A stretch of 64,000 nt of DNA from Eledone cirrhosa (lineage: Eukaryota): NCBI GenBank assembly GCA_964016885.1, contig OZ024745.1, positions 78,802,001 to 78,866,000 on the forward strand, written 5' to 3'. Position numbers and translations under genes: made by a program. The notes under the pieces were generated by a model. It saw nothing but the letters and a program-made list of their open reading frames with translations. It was not told the DNA's origin and did no database searches. Below, one piece after another: positions 35,903-50,900 of the stretch (the stretch's first letter is position 1; every line of letters starts with the position of its first letter).

Positions 35903-38900
35903 AACATCATCACCCCTTCCTTCCTCAATCATCTCTAGTGTGTTACATCATCACCCCTTCCTTCCTCAATCATCTCTAGTGTGTAACATCATCACCCCTT
36001 CCTTCCTCAATCATCTCTAGTGTGTAACATCATCACCCCTTCCTTCCTCAATCATCTCTAGTGTGTAACATCATCACCCCTTCCTTCCTCAATCATCTCT
36101 AGTGTGTAACATCATCACCCCTTCCTTCCTCAATCATCTGTAGTGTGTGACATCATCACCCCTTCCTTCCTCAGTCATCTCTAGTGTTTGACATCATCAC
36201 CCCTTCCTTCCTCAGTCATCTCTAGTGTGTAACATCATCACCCCTTCCTTCCTCAATCATCACTAGTTTGTGACATCATCACCCCTTCCTTCCTCAATCA
36301 TCTATAGTGTGTGACATCATCACCCCTTCCTTCCTCAGTCATCTCTAGTGTTTGACATCATCACCCCTTCCTTCCTCAGTCATCTCTAGTGTGTAACATC
36401 ATCACCCCTTCCTTCCTCAATCATCACTAGTTTGTGACATCATCACCCCTTCCTTCCTCAATCATCTCTAGTGTGTAACATCATCACCCCTTCCTTCCTC
36501 AATCATCTCTAGTGTGTTACATCATCACCCCTTCCTTCCTCAATCATCTCTAGTGTGTAACATCATCACCCCTTCCTTCCTCAATCATCTCTAGTGTGTA
36601 ACATCATCACCCTTCCTTCCTCAATCATCTCTAGTGTGTGACATCATCACCCTTTCCTTCCTCAATCATCTCTAGTCTGTGACATCATCACCCCGTCCTT
36701 CCTCAATCATCTCTAGTGTGTAACATCATCACCCCTTCCTTCCTCAATCATCTCTAGTGTGTTACATCATCACCCCTTCCTTCCTCAATCATCTCTAGTG
36801 TGTAACATCATCACCCTTCCTTCCTCAATCATCTCTAGTGTGTGACATCATCACCCCTTCCTTCCTCAATCATCTCTAGTGTGTAACATCATCACCCCTT
36901 CCTTCCTCAATCATCTCTAGTCTGTGACATCATCACCCCGTCCTTCCTCAATCATCTCTAGTGTGTGACATCATCACCCCGTCCTTCCTCAATCATCTCT
37001 AGTGTGTGACATCATCACCCCTTCCTTCCTCAATCATCTCTAGTGTGTGACATCATCACCCCTTCTTTCCACAATCATCTCTAGTCTGTGACATCATCAC
37101 CGCGTCCTTCCTCAATCATCTCTAGTGTGTGACATCATCAGCCCTTCCTTCTTCAACCATCTCTAGTGTTGACATCATCACCCTTCATTCCTCAGTCATC
37201 TCTAGTGTGTGACATCATCACCCTTTCCTTCCTCAATCATCTCTAGTGTGTAACATCATCACCCCTTCCTTCCTCAATCATCTCTAGTGTGTGACATCAT
37301 CACCCCTTCCTTCCTCAGTCATCTCTAGTGTGTGACATCATCACCCCTTCCTTCCTCAATCATCTCTTCCTTCCTCAATCATCTCTTCCTTCCTCAATCA
37401 TCTCTTCCTTCCTCAATCATCTCTAGTGTGTGACATCATCACCCCTTCCTTCCTCAATCATCTCTAGTGTGTAACATCATCACCCCTTCGTTCCTCAATC
37501 ATCTCTAGTGTGTGACATCATCACCCCTTCCTTCCTCAATCATCTCTAGTGTGTGACATCATCACCCCTTCCTTCCTCAATCATCTCTAGTGTGTGACAT
37601 CATCACCCCTTCCTTTTTCAGTCATCTCTGGTGTGTAACATCATCACCCCTTCCTTCCTCAATCATCTCTAGTGTGTGACATCATCACCCCTTCCTTCCT
37701 CAGTCATCTCTAGTATGTGACATCATCACCCCTTCCTTCCTTAATCATCTCTACTGTGTAACATCATCACCCCTTCCTTCCTCAATCATCTCTAGTGTAT
37801 GACATCATCAGCCCTTCCTTCCTTAATCATCTCTAGTATGTGACATCATCATCCCTTCCTTCCTCAATAATTTCTAGTGTGTAACATCATCACCCTTTCC
37901 TTCCTCAATCATCTCTAGTGTGTAACATGATCACCCCTTCCTTAATCATCTCTTTTGTGTGGCATCATCACCCTTTCCTTCCTCAATCATCTCTAGTGTG
38001 TGACATCATCACGCCTTCCTTCCTTAATCATCTCTAGTGTGTGACATCATCACCCCTTCCTTCCTCAGTCATCTCTAGTGTGTGATATCATCACCCCTTC
38101 CTTCCTTAATCATCTCTAGTGTGTAACATCATCACCCCTTCCTTCCTCAATCATCTCTAGTGTATGACATAATCAGCCCTTCCTTCCTTAATCAACTCTA
38201 GTGTGTGACATCATCACCCCTTCCTTCCTCAATAATTTCTAGTGTGTAACATCATCACCCTTTCCTTCCTTAATGATCTCTAGTGTGTAACATCATCACC
38301 CCTTCCTTAATCATCTCTAGTGTGTAACATCATCACCCCTTCCTTCCTTAATCATCTCTAGTGTGTGACATCATCACCCCTTCCTTCCACAATCATGTCT
38401 AGTGTGTGACATCATCACCCCTTCCTTCCTCAATCATCTCTTTTGTGTGGCATCATCACCCTTTCCTTCCTCAATCATCTCTAGTGTGTGACATCATCAC
38501 GCCTTCCTTCTTCAACCATCTCTAGTGTTGACATCATCACCCCTTCCTTCCTCAATCATCTCTTCCTTCCTCAATCATCTCTTCCTTCCTCAATCATCTC
38601 TTCATTCCTGAATCATCTCTAGTGTGTGACATCATCACCCCTTCGTTCCTCAATCATCTCTAGTGTGTGACATCATCAGCCCTTCCTTTTTCAGTCATCT
38701 CTGGTGTGTAACATCATCACCCCTTCCTTCCTCAATCATCTCTAGTGTGTGACATCATCACCCCTTCCTTCCTCAGTCATCTCTAGTATGTGACATCATC
38801 ACCCCTTCCTTCCTTAATCATCTCTAGTGTGTGACATCATCACCCCTTCCTTCCTCAATAATTTCTAGTGTGTAACATCATCACCCTTTCCTTCCTCAAT

Positions 38901-41900
38901 CATCTCTAGTGTGTAACATCATCACCCCTTCCTTAATCATCTCTAGTGTGTAACATCATCACCCCTTCCTTCCTCAATCATCTCTAGTGTGTGACATCAT
39001 CACCCTTTCCTTCATCAATCATCTCTAGTGTGTCACATCATCACCCCTTCCTTCCTCAATCATCTCTAGTGTGTGACATCATCACCCGCTCCTTCCTCAA
39101 TCATCTCTAGTGTGTGACATCATCACCCCTTCCTTCCTCAGTCATCTCTAGTGTGTGACATCATCACCCCTTCCTTCCTCAGTCATCTCTAGTGTGTGAC
39201 ATCATCACCCCTTCCTTCCTTAATCATCTCTAGTGTGTGACATCATCACCCCTTCCTTCCACAATCATGTCTAGTGTGTGACATCATCACCCCTTCCTTC
39301 CTCAATCATCTCTTTTGTGTGGCATCATCACCCTTTCCTTCCTCAATCATCTCTAGTGTGTGACATCATCACGCCTTCCTTCCTTAATCATCTCTAGTGT
39401 GTGACATCATCAGCCCTTCCTTCCTCAGTCATCTCTAGTGTGTGATATCATCACCCCTTCCTTCCTTAATCATCTCTAGTGTGTAACATCATCACCCCTT
39501 CCTTCCTCAATCATCTCTAGTGTGTGACATCATCACCCTTTCCTTCCTCGATCATCTCTAGTGTGTAACATCATCACCCCTTCCTTCCTCAGTCATCTCT
39601 AGTGTGTGGCATCATCACCCCTTCCTTACTCAATCATCTCTAGTGTGTGACATCATCACCCCGTCCTTCCTCAATCATCTCTAGTGTGTGACATCATCAC
39701 CCCTTCCTTCCTAAATCATCTCTAGTGTGTGACATCATCACTCCTTCCTAAATCATCTCTAGTGTGTAACATCATCACCCTTCCTTCCTCAGTCATCTCT
39801 AGTGTGTAACATCATTACCCCTTCCTTCCTCAGTTATCTCTAGTGTGTGACATCATCATCCCTTCCTTCCTCAATGATCTCTAGTGTGTGACATCATCAC
39901 CCCTTCCTTCCTCAGTCATCTCTAGTGTGTGACATCACCCCTTCCTTCCTCAATCATCTCTAGTGTGTGACATCATCACCCCTTCCTTCCTCAGTCATCT
40001 CTAGTGTGTAACATCATCACCCCTTCCTTCCTCAATCATCTCTAGTGTGTGACATCATCACCCCTTCCTTCCTCAATCATCTCTAGTGTGTGACATCATC
40101 ACCCCTTCCTTCCTCAATCATCTCTAATGTGTAACATCATCACTCCTTCATTCCTCAATCATCCCTAGTGTGTGACATCATCACCCCTTCCTTCCTCAAT
40201 CATCTCTAGTGTGTGACATCATCACCCCTTCCTTCCTCAATCATCTCTAGTGTGTGACATCATCACCCCTTCCTTCCTCAGTCATCTCTGGTGTGTAACA
40301 TCATCACGCCTTCCTTCCTCAATCATCTCTAGTGTGTAACATCATCACCCCTTCTTTCCTCTATCATCTCTAGTCTGTGACATCATCACCGCGTCCTTCC
40401 TCAATCATCTCTAGTGTGTGACATCATCAGCCCTTCCTTCTTCAATCATCTCTAGTGTGTGACATCATCACCCCTTCCTTCCTCAATCATCTCTAGTGTG
40501 TGACATCATCACCCCTTCCTTCCTCAGTCATCTCTAGTGTGTGACATCATCACCCCTTCCTTCCTCAATCATCTCTTCCTTCCTCAATCATCTCTAGTGT
40601 GTGACATCATCACCCCTTCCTTCCTCAATCATCTCTAGTGTGTGACATCATCACCCCTTCCTTCCTCAATCATCTCTAGTGTGTGACATCATCACCCCTT
40701 CCTTCCTCAGTCAACTCTAGTGTGTGACATCATCACCCCTTCCTTCCTCAGTCATCTCTAGTGTGTGACATCATCACCCCTTCCTTCCTCAGTCATCTCT
40801 AGTGTGTGACATCATCACACCTTCCTTCCTTAATCATCTCTAGTGTGTGACATCATCACCCCTTCCTTCCTCAATCATCTCTAGTGTGTGACATCATCAC
40901 CCCTTCCTTCCTCAATCATCTCTTTTATGTGGCATCATCACCCTTTCCTTCCTCAATCATCTCTAGTATGTGACATCATCAACCCTTCCTTCCTTAATCA
41001 TCTCTAGTGTGTGACATCATCACCCCTTCCTTCCTCAGTCATCTCTAGTGTGTAACATCATCACCCCTTCCTTCCTCAATCATCTCTAGTGTGTGACATC
41101 ATCACCCCTTCCTTCCTCAATCATCTCTAGTGTGTGACATCATCACCCCTTCCTTCCTCAATCATCTCTTTTGTGTGGCATCATCACCCCTTCCTTCCTC
41201 AGTCATAACTAGTGTGTGACATCATCACCCTTTCCTTCCTCAAACATCTCTAGTTTGTGACATCATCACCCCTTCCTTCCTCAATCATCTCTAGTGTGTG
41301 ACATCATCACCCCTTCCTTCCTTAATCATCTCTAGTGTGTAACATCATCACCCCTTCCTTCCTCAATCATCTCTAGTGTGTGACATCATCACCCTTTCCT
41401 TCCTCGATCATCTCTAGTGTGTAACATCATCACCCCTTCCTTCCTCAGTCATCTCTAGTGTGTGACATCATCACCCCTTCCTTACTCAATCATCTCTAGT
41501 GTGTGACATCATCACCCCGTCCTTCCTCAATCATCTCTAGTGTGTGACATCATCAGCCCTTCCTTCCTCAATCATCTCTAGTGTGTGACATCATCACCCC
41601 TTCCTTCCTAAATCATCTCTAGTGTGTGACATCATCACTCCTTCCTAAATAATCTCTAGTGTGTAACATCATCACCCCTTCCTTCCTCAGTCATCTCTAG
41701 TGTGTAACATCATCACCCCTTCCTTTCTCAGTTATCTCTAGTGTGTGACATCATCATCCCTTCCTTCCTCAATGATCTCTAGTGTGTGACATCATCACCC
41801 CTTCCTTCCTCAATCATCTCTAGTATGTGACATCATCACCCCTTCCTTCCCCAATCATCTCTACTGTGTGACATCATTAACCCTTCCTTCCTCAATCATC

Positions 41901-44900
41901 TGTAGTGTGTGACATCATCACCCTTTCCTTCCTCAATCATCTCTAGTGTGTGACATCATCACCCCGTCCTTCCTCAATCATCTCTAGTGTGTAACATCAT
42001 CACCCCTTCCTTCCTCAATCATCTCTAGTGTGTTACATCATCACCCCTTCCTTCCTCAATCATCTCTAGTGTGTAACATCATCACCCCTTCCTTCCTCAA
42101 TCATCTCTAGTGTGTAACATCATCACCCTTCCTTCCTCAATCATCTCTAGTGTGTGACATCATCACCCTTTCCTTCCTCAATCATCTCTAGTGTGTAACA
42201 TCATCACCCCTTCCTTCCTCAGTCATCTCTAGTGTGTGACATCATCACCCCTTTCTTCCACAATCATGTCTAGTGTGTGACATCATCACCCCTTCCTTCC
42301 TCAATCATCTCTTTTGTGTGGCATCATCACCCTTTCCTTCCTCAATCATCTCTAGTGTGTGACATCATCACGCCTTCCTTCCTTAATCATCTCTAGTGTG
42401 TGACATCATCAGCCCTTCCTTCCTCAGTCATCTCTAGTGTGTGATATCATCACCCCTTCCTTCCTTAATCATCTCTAGTGTGTAACATCATCACCCCTTC
42501 CTTCCTCAATCATCTCTAGTGTGTGACATCATCACCCTTTCCTTCCTCGATCATCTCTAGTGTGTAACATCATCACCCCTTCCTTCCTCAGTCATCTCTA
42601 GTGTGTGACATCATCACCCCTTCCTTCCTCAATCATCTCTAGTGTGTGACATCATCACCCCTTCCTTCCTCAGTCATCTCTAGTGTGTGACATCATCACC
42701 CCTTCCTTCCTCAATCATCTCTTCCTTCCTCAATCATCTCTAGTGTGTGACATCATCACCCCTTCCTTCCTCAATCATCTCTAGTGTGTGACATCATCAC
42801 CCCTTCCTTCCTCAATCATCTCTAGTGTGTGACATCATCACCCCTTCCTTCCTCAGTCAACTCTAGTGTGTGACATCATCACCCCTTCCTTCCTCAGTCA
42901 TCTCTAGTGTGTGACATCATCACCCCTTCCTTCCTCAGTCATCTCTAGTGTGTGACATCATCACACCTTCCTTCCTTAATCATCTCTAGTGTGTGACATC
43001 ATCACCCCTTCCTTCCTCAATCATCTCTAGTGTGTGACATCATCACCCCTTCCTTCCTCAATCATCTCTTTTATGTGGCATCATCACCCTTTCCTTCCTC
43101 AATCATCTCTAGTGTGTGACATCATCAACCCTTCCTTCCTTAATCATCTCTAGTGTGTGACATCATCACCCCTTCCTTCCTCAGTCATCTCTAGTGTGTA
43201 ACATCATCACCCCTTCCTTCCTCAATCATCTCTAGTGTGTGACATCATCACCCCTTCCTTCCTCAATCATCTCTAGTGTGTGACATCATCACCCCTTCCT
43301 TCCTCAATCATCTCTTTTGTGTGGCATCATCACCCCTTCCTTCCTCAGTCATAACTAGTGTGTGACATCATCACCCTTTCCTTCCTCAAACATCTCTAGT
43401 TTGTGACATCATCACCCCTTCCTTCCTCAATCATCTCTAGTGTGTGACATCATCACCCCTTCCTTCCTTAATCATCTCTAGTGTGTAACATCATCACCCC
43501 TTCCTTCCTCAATCATCTCTAGTGTGTGACATCATCACCCTTTCCTTCCTCGATCATCTCTAGTGTGTAACATCATCACCCCTTCCTTCCTCAGTCATCT
43601 CTAGTGTGTGACATCATCACCCCTTCCTTACTCAATCATCTCTAGTGTGTGACATCATCACCCCGTCCTTCCTCAATCATCTCTAGTGTGTGACATCATC
43701 AGCCCTTCCTTCCTCAATCATCTCTAGTGTGTGACATCATCACCCCTTCCTTCCTAAATCATCTCTAGTGTGTGACATCATCACTCCTTCCTAAATAATC
43801 TCTAGTGTGTAACATCATCACCCCTTCCTTCCTCAGTCATCTCTAGTGTGTAACATCATCACCCCTTCCTTTCTCAGTTATCTCTAGTGTGTGACATCAT
43901 CATCCCTTCCTTCCTCAATGATCTCTAGTGTGTGACATCATCACCCCTTCCTTCCTCAATCATCTCTAGTGTGTTACATCATCACCCCTTCCTTCCTCAA
44001 TCATCTCTAGTGTGTAACATCATCACCCCTTCCTTCCTCAATCATCTCTAGTGTGTAACATCATCACCCTTCCTTCCTCAATCATCTCTAGTGTGTGACA
44101 TCATCACCCTTTCCTTCCTCAATCATCTCTAGTGTGTAACATCATCATCCCTTCCTTCCTCAGTCATCTCTAGTGTGTGACATCATCACCCCTTCCTTCC
44201 ACAATCATGTCTAGTGTGTGACATCATCACCCCTTCCTTCCTCAATCATCTCTTTTGTGTGGCATCATCACCCTTTCCTTCCTCAATCATCTCTAGTGTG
44301 TGACATCATCACGCCTTCCTTCCTTAATCATCTCTAGTGTGTGACATCATCAGCCCTTCCTTCCTCAGTCATCTCTAGTGTGTGATATCATCACCCCTTC
44401 CTTCCTTAATCATCTCTAGTGTGTAACATCATCACCCCTTCCTTCCTCAATCATCTCTAGTGTGTGACATCATCACCCTTTCCTTCCTCGATCATCTCTA
44501 GTGTGTAAGATCATCACCCCTTCCTTCCTCAGTCATCTCTAGTGTGTGGCATCATCACCCCGTCCTTCCTCAATCATCTCTAGTGTGTGACATCATCAGC
44601 CCTTCCTTCTTCAATCATCTCTAGTGTGTGACATCATCACCCCTTCCTTCCTCAATCATCTCTAGTGTGTGACATCATCACCCCTTCCTTCCTCAGTCAT
44701 CTCTAGTGTGTGACATCATCACCCCTTCCTTCCTCAATCATCTCTTCCTTCCTCAATCATCTCTAGTGTGTGACATCATCACCCCTTCCTTCCTCAATCA
44801 GCTCTAGTGTGTGACATCATCACCCTTCCTTCCTCAGTCATCTCTAGTGTGTGACATCATCACCCCTTCCTTCCTCAATCATCTCTTCCTTCCTCAATCA

Positions 44901-47900
44901 TCTCTAGTGTGTGACATCATCACCCCTTCCTTCCTCAATCATCTCTAGTGTGTGACATCACCACCCCTTCCTTCCTCAACCATCTCTAGTGTGTGACATC
45001 ATCACCCCTTCCTTCCTCAGTCAACTCTAGTGTGTGACATCATCACCCCTTCCTTCCTCAGTCATCTCTAGTGTGTGACATCATCACCCCTTCCTTCCTC
45101 AGTCATCTCTAGTGTGTGACATCATCACACCTTCCTTCCTTAATCATCTCTAGTGTGTGACATCATCACCCCTTCCTTACTCAATCATCTCTAGTGTGTG
45201 ACATCATCACCCCTTCCTTCCTCAATCATCTCTAGTGTGTGACATCATCAGCCCTTCCTTCCTCAATCATCTCTAGTGTGTGACATCATCACCCCTTCCT
45301 TCCTAAATCATCTCTAGTGTGTGACATCATCACTCCTTCCTAAATAATCTCTAGTGTGTAACATCATCACCCCTTCCTTCCTCAGTCATCTCTAGTGTGT
45401 AACATCATCACCCCTTCCTTTCTCAGTTATCTCTAGTGTGTGACATCATCATCCCTTCCTTCCTCAATGATCTCTAGTGTGTGACATCATCACCCCTTCC
45501 TTCCTCAATCATCTCTAGTATGTGACATCATCACCCCTTCCTTCCTCAATCATCTCTAGTGTGTGACATCATTAACCCTTCCTTCCTCAATCATCTGTAG
45601 TGTGTGACATCATCACCCTTTCCTTCCTCAATCATCTCTAGTGTGTGACATCATCACCCCGTCCTTCCTCAATCATCTCTAGTGTGTAACATCATCACCC
45701 CTTCCTTCCTCAATCATCTCTAGTGTGTTACATCATCACCCCTTCCTTCCTCAATCATCTCTAGTGTGTAACATCATCACCCCTTCCTTCCTCAATCATC
45801 TCTAGTGTGTAACATCATCACCCTTCCTTCCTCAATCATCTCTAGTGTGTGACATCATCACCCTTTCCTTCCTCAATCATCTCTAGTGTGTAACATCATC
45901 ACCCCTTCCTTCCTCAATCATCTCTAGTCTGTGACATCATCACCCCGTCCTTCCTCAATCATCTCTAGTGTGTGACATCATCACCCCGTCCTTCCTCAAT
46001 CATCTCTAGTGTGTGACATCATCACCCCTTCCTTCCTGAATCATCTCTAGTGTGTAACATCATCACCCCTTCTTTCCACAATCATCTCTAGTCTGTGACA
46101 TCATCACCGCGTCCTTCCTCAATCATCTCTAGTGTGTGACATCATCAGCCGTTCCTTCTTCAATCATCTCTAGTGTGTGACATCATCACCCTTCCTTCCT
46201 CAGTCATCTCTAGTGTGTGACATCATCACCCCTTCCTTCCTCAATCATCTCTTTTATGTGGCATCATCACCCTTTCCTTCCTCAATCATCTCTAGTGTGT
46301 GACATCATCAACCCTTCCTTCCTTAATCATCTCTAGTGTGTGACATCATCACCCCTTCCTTCCTCAGTCATCTCTAGTGTGTAACATCATCACCCCTTCC
46401 TTCCTCAGTCATCTCTAGTGTGTGTCATCATCACCCCTTCCTTACTCAATCATCTCTAGTGTGTGACATCATCACCCCGTCCTTCCTCAATCATCTCTAG
46501 TGTGTGACATCATCAGCCCTTCCTTCCTCAATCATCTCTAGTGTGTGACATCATCACCCCTTCCTTCCTAAATCATCTCTAGTGTGTGACATCATCACTC
46601 CTTCCTCAATCATCTCTAGTGTGTGACATCATTAACCCTTCCTTCCTCAATCATCTGTAGTGTGTGACATCATCACCCTTTCCTTCCTCAATCATCTCTA
46701 GTGTGTGACATCATCACCCCGTCCTTCCTCAATCATCTCTAGTGTGTAACATCATCACCCCTTCCTTCCTCAATCATCTCTAGTGTGTTACATCATCACC
46801 CCTTCCTTCCTCAATCATCTCTAGTGTGTAACATTATCACCCCTTCCTTCCTCAATCATCTCTAGTGTGTAACATCATCACCCTTCCTTCCTCAATCATC
46901 TCTAGTGTGTGACATCATCACCCTTTCCTTCCTCAATCATCTCTAGTGTGTAACATCATCACCCCTTCCTTCCTCAATCATCTCTAGTCTGTGACATCAT
47001 CACCCCGTCCTTCCTCAATCATCTCTAGTGTGTGACATCATCACCCCGTCCTTCCTCAATCATCTCTAGTGTGTGACATCATCACCCCTTCCTTCCTGAA
47101 TCATCTCTAGTGTGTAACATCATCACCCCTTCTTTCCACAATCATCTCTAGTCTGTGACATCATCACCGCGTCCTTCCTCAATCATCTCTAGTGTGTAAC
47201 ATCATCAGCCCTTCCTTCTTCAATCATCTCTAGTGTGTGACATCATCACCCTTCCTTCCTCAGTCATCTCTAGTGTGTGACATCATCACCCCTTCCTTCC
47301 TCAATCATCTCTAGTGTGTATCTTCACGCTTCCTTCCTCAGTCATCTCTAGTGAGTTACATCATCACCCTTTCCTTCCTCATTCATCTCTAGTGTGTGAC
47401 ATCATCACCCCTTCCTTCCTCAGTCATCTCTAGTGTGTGACATCATCACCCCTTCCTTCCTCAATCATCTCTTCCTTCCTCAATCATCTCTAGTGTGTGA
47501 CATCATCACCCCTTCCTTCCTCAATCATCTCTAGTGTGTAACATCATCACCCCTTCGTTCCTCAATCATCTCTAGTGTGTGACATCATCACCCCTTCCTT
47601 CCTCAATCATCTCTAGTGTGTGACATCATCACCCCTTCCTTCCTCAGTCATCTCTAGTATGTGACATCATCACCCCTTCCTTTTTCACTCATCTCTGGTG
47701 TGTAACATCATCACCCCTTCCTTACTCAATCATCTCTAGTGTGTGACATCATCACCCCTTCCTTCCTCAGTCATCTCTAGTATGTGACATCATCACCCCT
47801 TCCTTCCTCAATCATCTCTAGTGTATGACATCATCACCCCTTCCTTCCTTAATCATCTCTAGTGTGTGACATCATCACCCCTTCCTTCCTCAATAATTTC

Positions 47901-50900
47901 TAGTGTGTAACATCATCACCCTTTCCTTCCTCAATCATCTCTAGTGTGTAACATCATCACCCCTTCCTTAATCATCTCTAGTGTGTAACATCATCACCCC
48001 TTCCTTCCTCAATCATCTCTAGTGTGTGACATCATCAGCCCTTCCTTCCTCAATCATCTCTAGTGTGTGACATCATCACCCCTTCCTTCATCAATCATCT
48101 CTAGTGTGTCACATCATCACTCCTTCCTTCCTCAATCATCTCTAGTGTGTGACATCATCACCCGCTCCTTCCTCAATCATCTCTAGTGTGTGACATCATC
48201 ACCCCTTCCTTCCTCAATCATCTCTAGTGTGTGACATCATCACCCCTTCCTTCCTCTGTCAACTCTAGTGTGTGACATCATCACCCCTTCCTTCCTCAGT
48301 CATCTCTATAGTGTGTCATCATCACCCCTTCCTTCCTCAATCATCTCTTTTGTGTGGCATCATCACCCTTTCCTTCCTCTATCATCTCTAGTGTGTGACA
48401 TCATCACCCCTTCCTTCCTTAATCATCTCTAGTGTGTGACATCATCACCCCTTCCTTCCTCAATCATCTCTAGTGTGTGACATCATCACCCCTTCCTTCC
48501 TCAATCATCTCTAGTGTGTGACATCATCACCCCTTCCTTCCTCAATCATCTCTTTTGTGTGGCATCATCACCCCTTCCTTCCTCAGTCATAACTAGTGTG
48601 TGACATCATCACCCTTTCCTTCCTCAAACATCTCTAGTTTGTGACATCATCACCCCTTCCTTCCTCAATCATCTCTAGTGTGTGACATCATCACCCCTTC
48701 CTTCCTTAATCATCTCTAGTGTGTAACATCATCACCCCTTCCTTCCTCAGTCATCTCTAGTGTGTGACATCATCACCCCTTCCTTCCTTAATCATCTCTA
48801 GTGTGTAACATCATCACCCCTTCCTTACTCAATCATCTCTAGTGTGTGACATCATCACCCTTTCCTTCCTCGATCATCTCTAGTGTGTAACATCATCACC
48901 CCTTCCTTCCTCAGTCATCTCTAGTGTGTGACATCATCACCCCTTCCTTACTCAATCATCTCTAGTGTGTGACATCATCACCCCCGTCCTTCCTCAATCA
49001 TCTCTAGTGTGTGACATCATCAGCCCTTCCTTCCTCAATCATCTCTAGTGTGTGACATCATCACCCCTTCCTTCCTCAGTCATCTCTAGTGTGTAACATC
49101 ATCACCCCTTCCTTCCTCAATCATCTCTAGTGTGTGACATCATCACTCCTTCCTTCCTCAATCATCTCTAGTGTGTGACATCATCACCCCTTCCTTCCTC
49201 AATCATCTCTAGTGTGTGACATCATCACCCCTTCCTTCCTCAATCATCTCTAGTGTGTGACATCATCACCCCTTCCTTCCTCAATCATCTCTAGTGTGTG
49301 ACATCATCACCCCTTCCTTCCTCAGTCATCTCTGGTGTGTAACATCATCACGCCTTTCTTCCTCAATCATCTCTAGTGTGTAACATCATCACCCCTTCTT
49401 TCCACAATCATCTCTAGTCTGTGACATCATCACCGCGTCCTTCCTCAATCATCTCTAGTGTGTGACATCATCAGCCCTTCCTTCTTCAATCATCTCTAGT
49501 GTGCGACATCATCACCCTTCCTTCCTCAGTCATCTCTAGTGTGTGACATCATCACCCCTTCCTTCCTCAATCATCTCTAGTGTGTATCATCACGCTTCCT
49601 TCCTCAGTCATCTCTAGTGTGTGACATCATCACCCTTTCCTTCCTCAATCATCTCTAGTGTGCAACATCATCACCCCTTCCTTCCTCAATCATCTCTAGT
49701 GTGTGACATCATCACCCCTTCCTTCCTCAATCATCTCTAGTGTGTAACATCATCACCCCTTCGTTCCTCAATCATCTCTAGTGTGTGACATCATCACCCC
49801 TTCCTTCCTCAATCATCTCTAGTGTGTGACATCATCACCCCTTCCTTCCTCAATCATCTCTAGTGTGTGACATCATCACCCCTTCCTTTTTCAGTCATCT
49901 CTGGTTTGTAACATCATCACCCCTTCCTTCCTCAATCATCTCTAGTGTGTGACATCATCACCCCTTCCTTCCTCAGTCATCTCTAGTATGTGACATCATC
50001 ACCCCTTCCTTCCTTAATCATCTCTACTGTGTAACATCATCACCCCTTCCTTCCTCAATCATCTCTAGTGTATGACATCATCACCCCTTCCTTCCTTAAT
50101 CATCTCTAGTGTGTGACATCATCACCCCTTCCTTCCTCAATAATTTCTAGTGTGTAACATCATCACCCTTTCCTTCCTCAATCATCTCTAGTGTGTAACA
50201 TCATCACCCCTTCCTTAATCATCTCTAGTGTGTAACATCATCACCCCTTCCTTCCTCAATCATCTCTAGTGTGTGACATCATCACCCCTTCCTTCCTCAA
50301 TCATCTCTAGTGTGTGACATCATCACCCCTTCCTTCCTCAGTCAACTCTAGTGTGTGACATCATCACCCCTTCCTTCCTCAGTCATCTCTAGTGTGTGAC
50401 ATCATCACCCCTTCCTTCCTCAGTCATAACTAGTGTGTGACATCATCACCCTTTCCTTCCTCAAACATCTCTAGTTTGTGACATCATCACCCCTTCCTTC
50501 CTCAATCATCTCTAGTGTGTGACATCATCACCCCTTCCTTCCTTAATCATCTCTAGTGTGTAACATCATCACCCCTTCCTTCCTCAATCATCTCTAGTGT
50601 GTGACATCATCACCCTTTCCTTCCTCGATCATCTCTAGTGTGTAACATCATCACCCCTTCCTTCCTCAGTCATCTCTAGTGTGTAACATCATCACCCCTT
50701 CCTTCCTCAATCATCTCTAGTGTGTGACATCATCACCCCTTCCTTCCTCAGTCAACTCTAGTGTGTGACATCATCACCCCTTCCTTCCTCAGTCATCTCT
50801 AGTGTGTGACATCATCACCCCTTCCTTCCTTAATCATCTCTAGTGTGTAACATCATCACCCCTTCCTTCCTCAATCATCTCTAGTGTGTGACATCATCAC

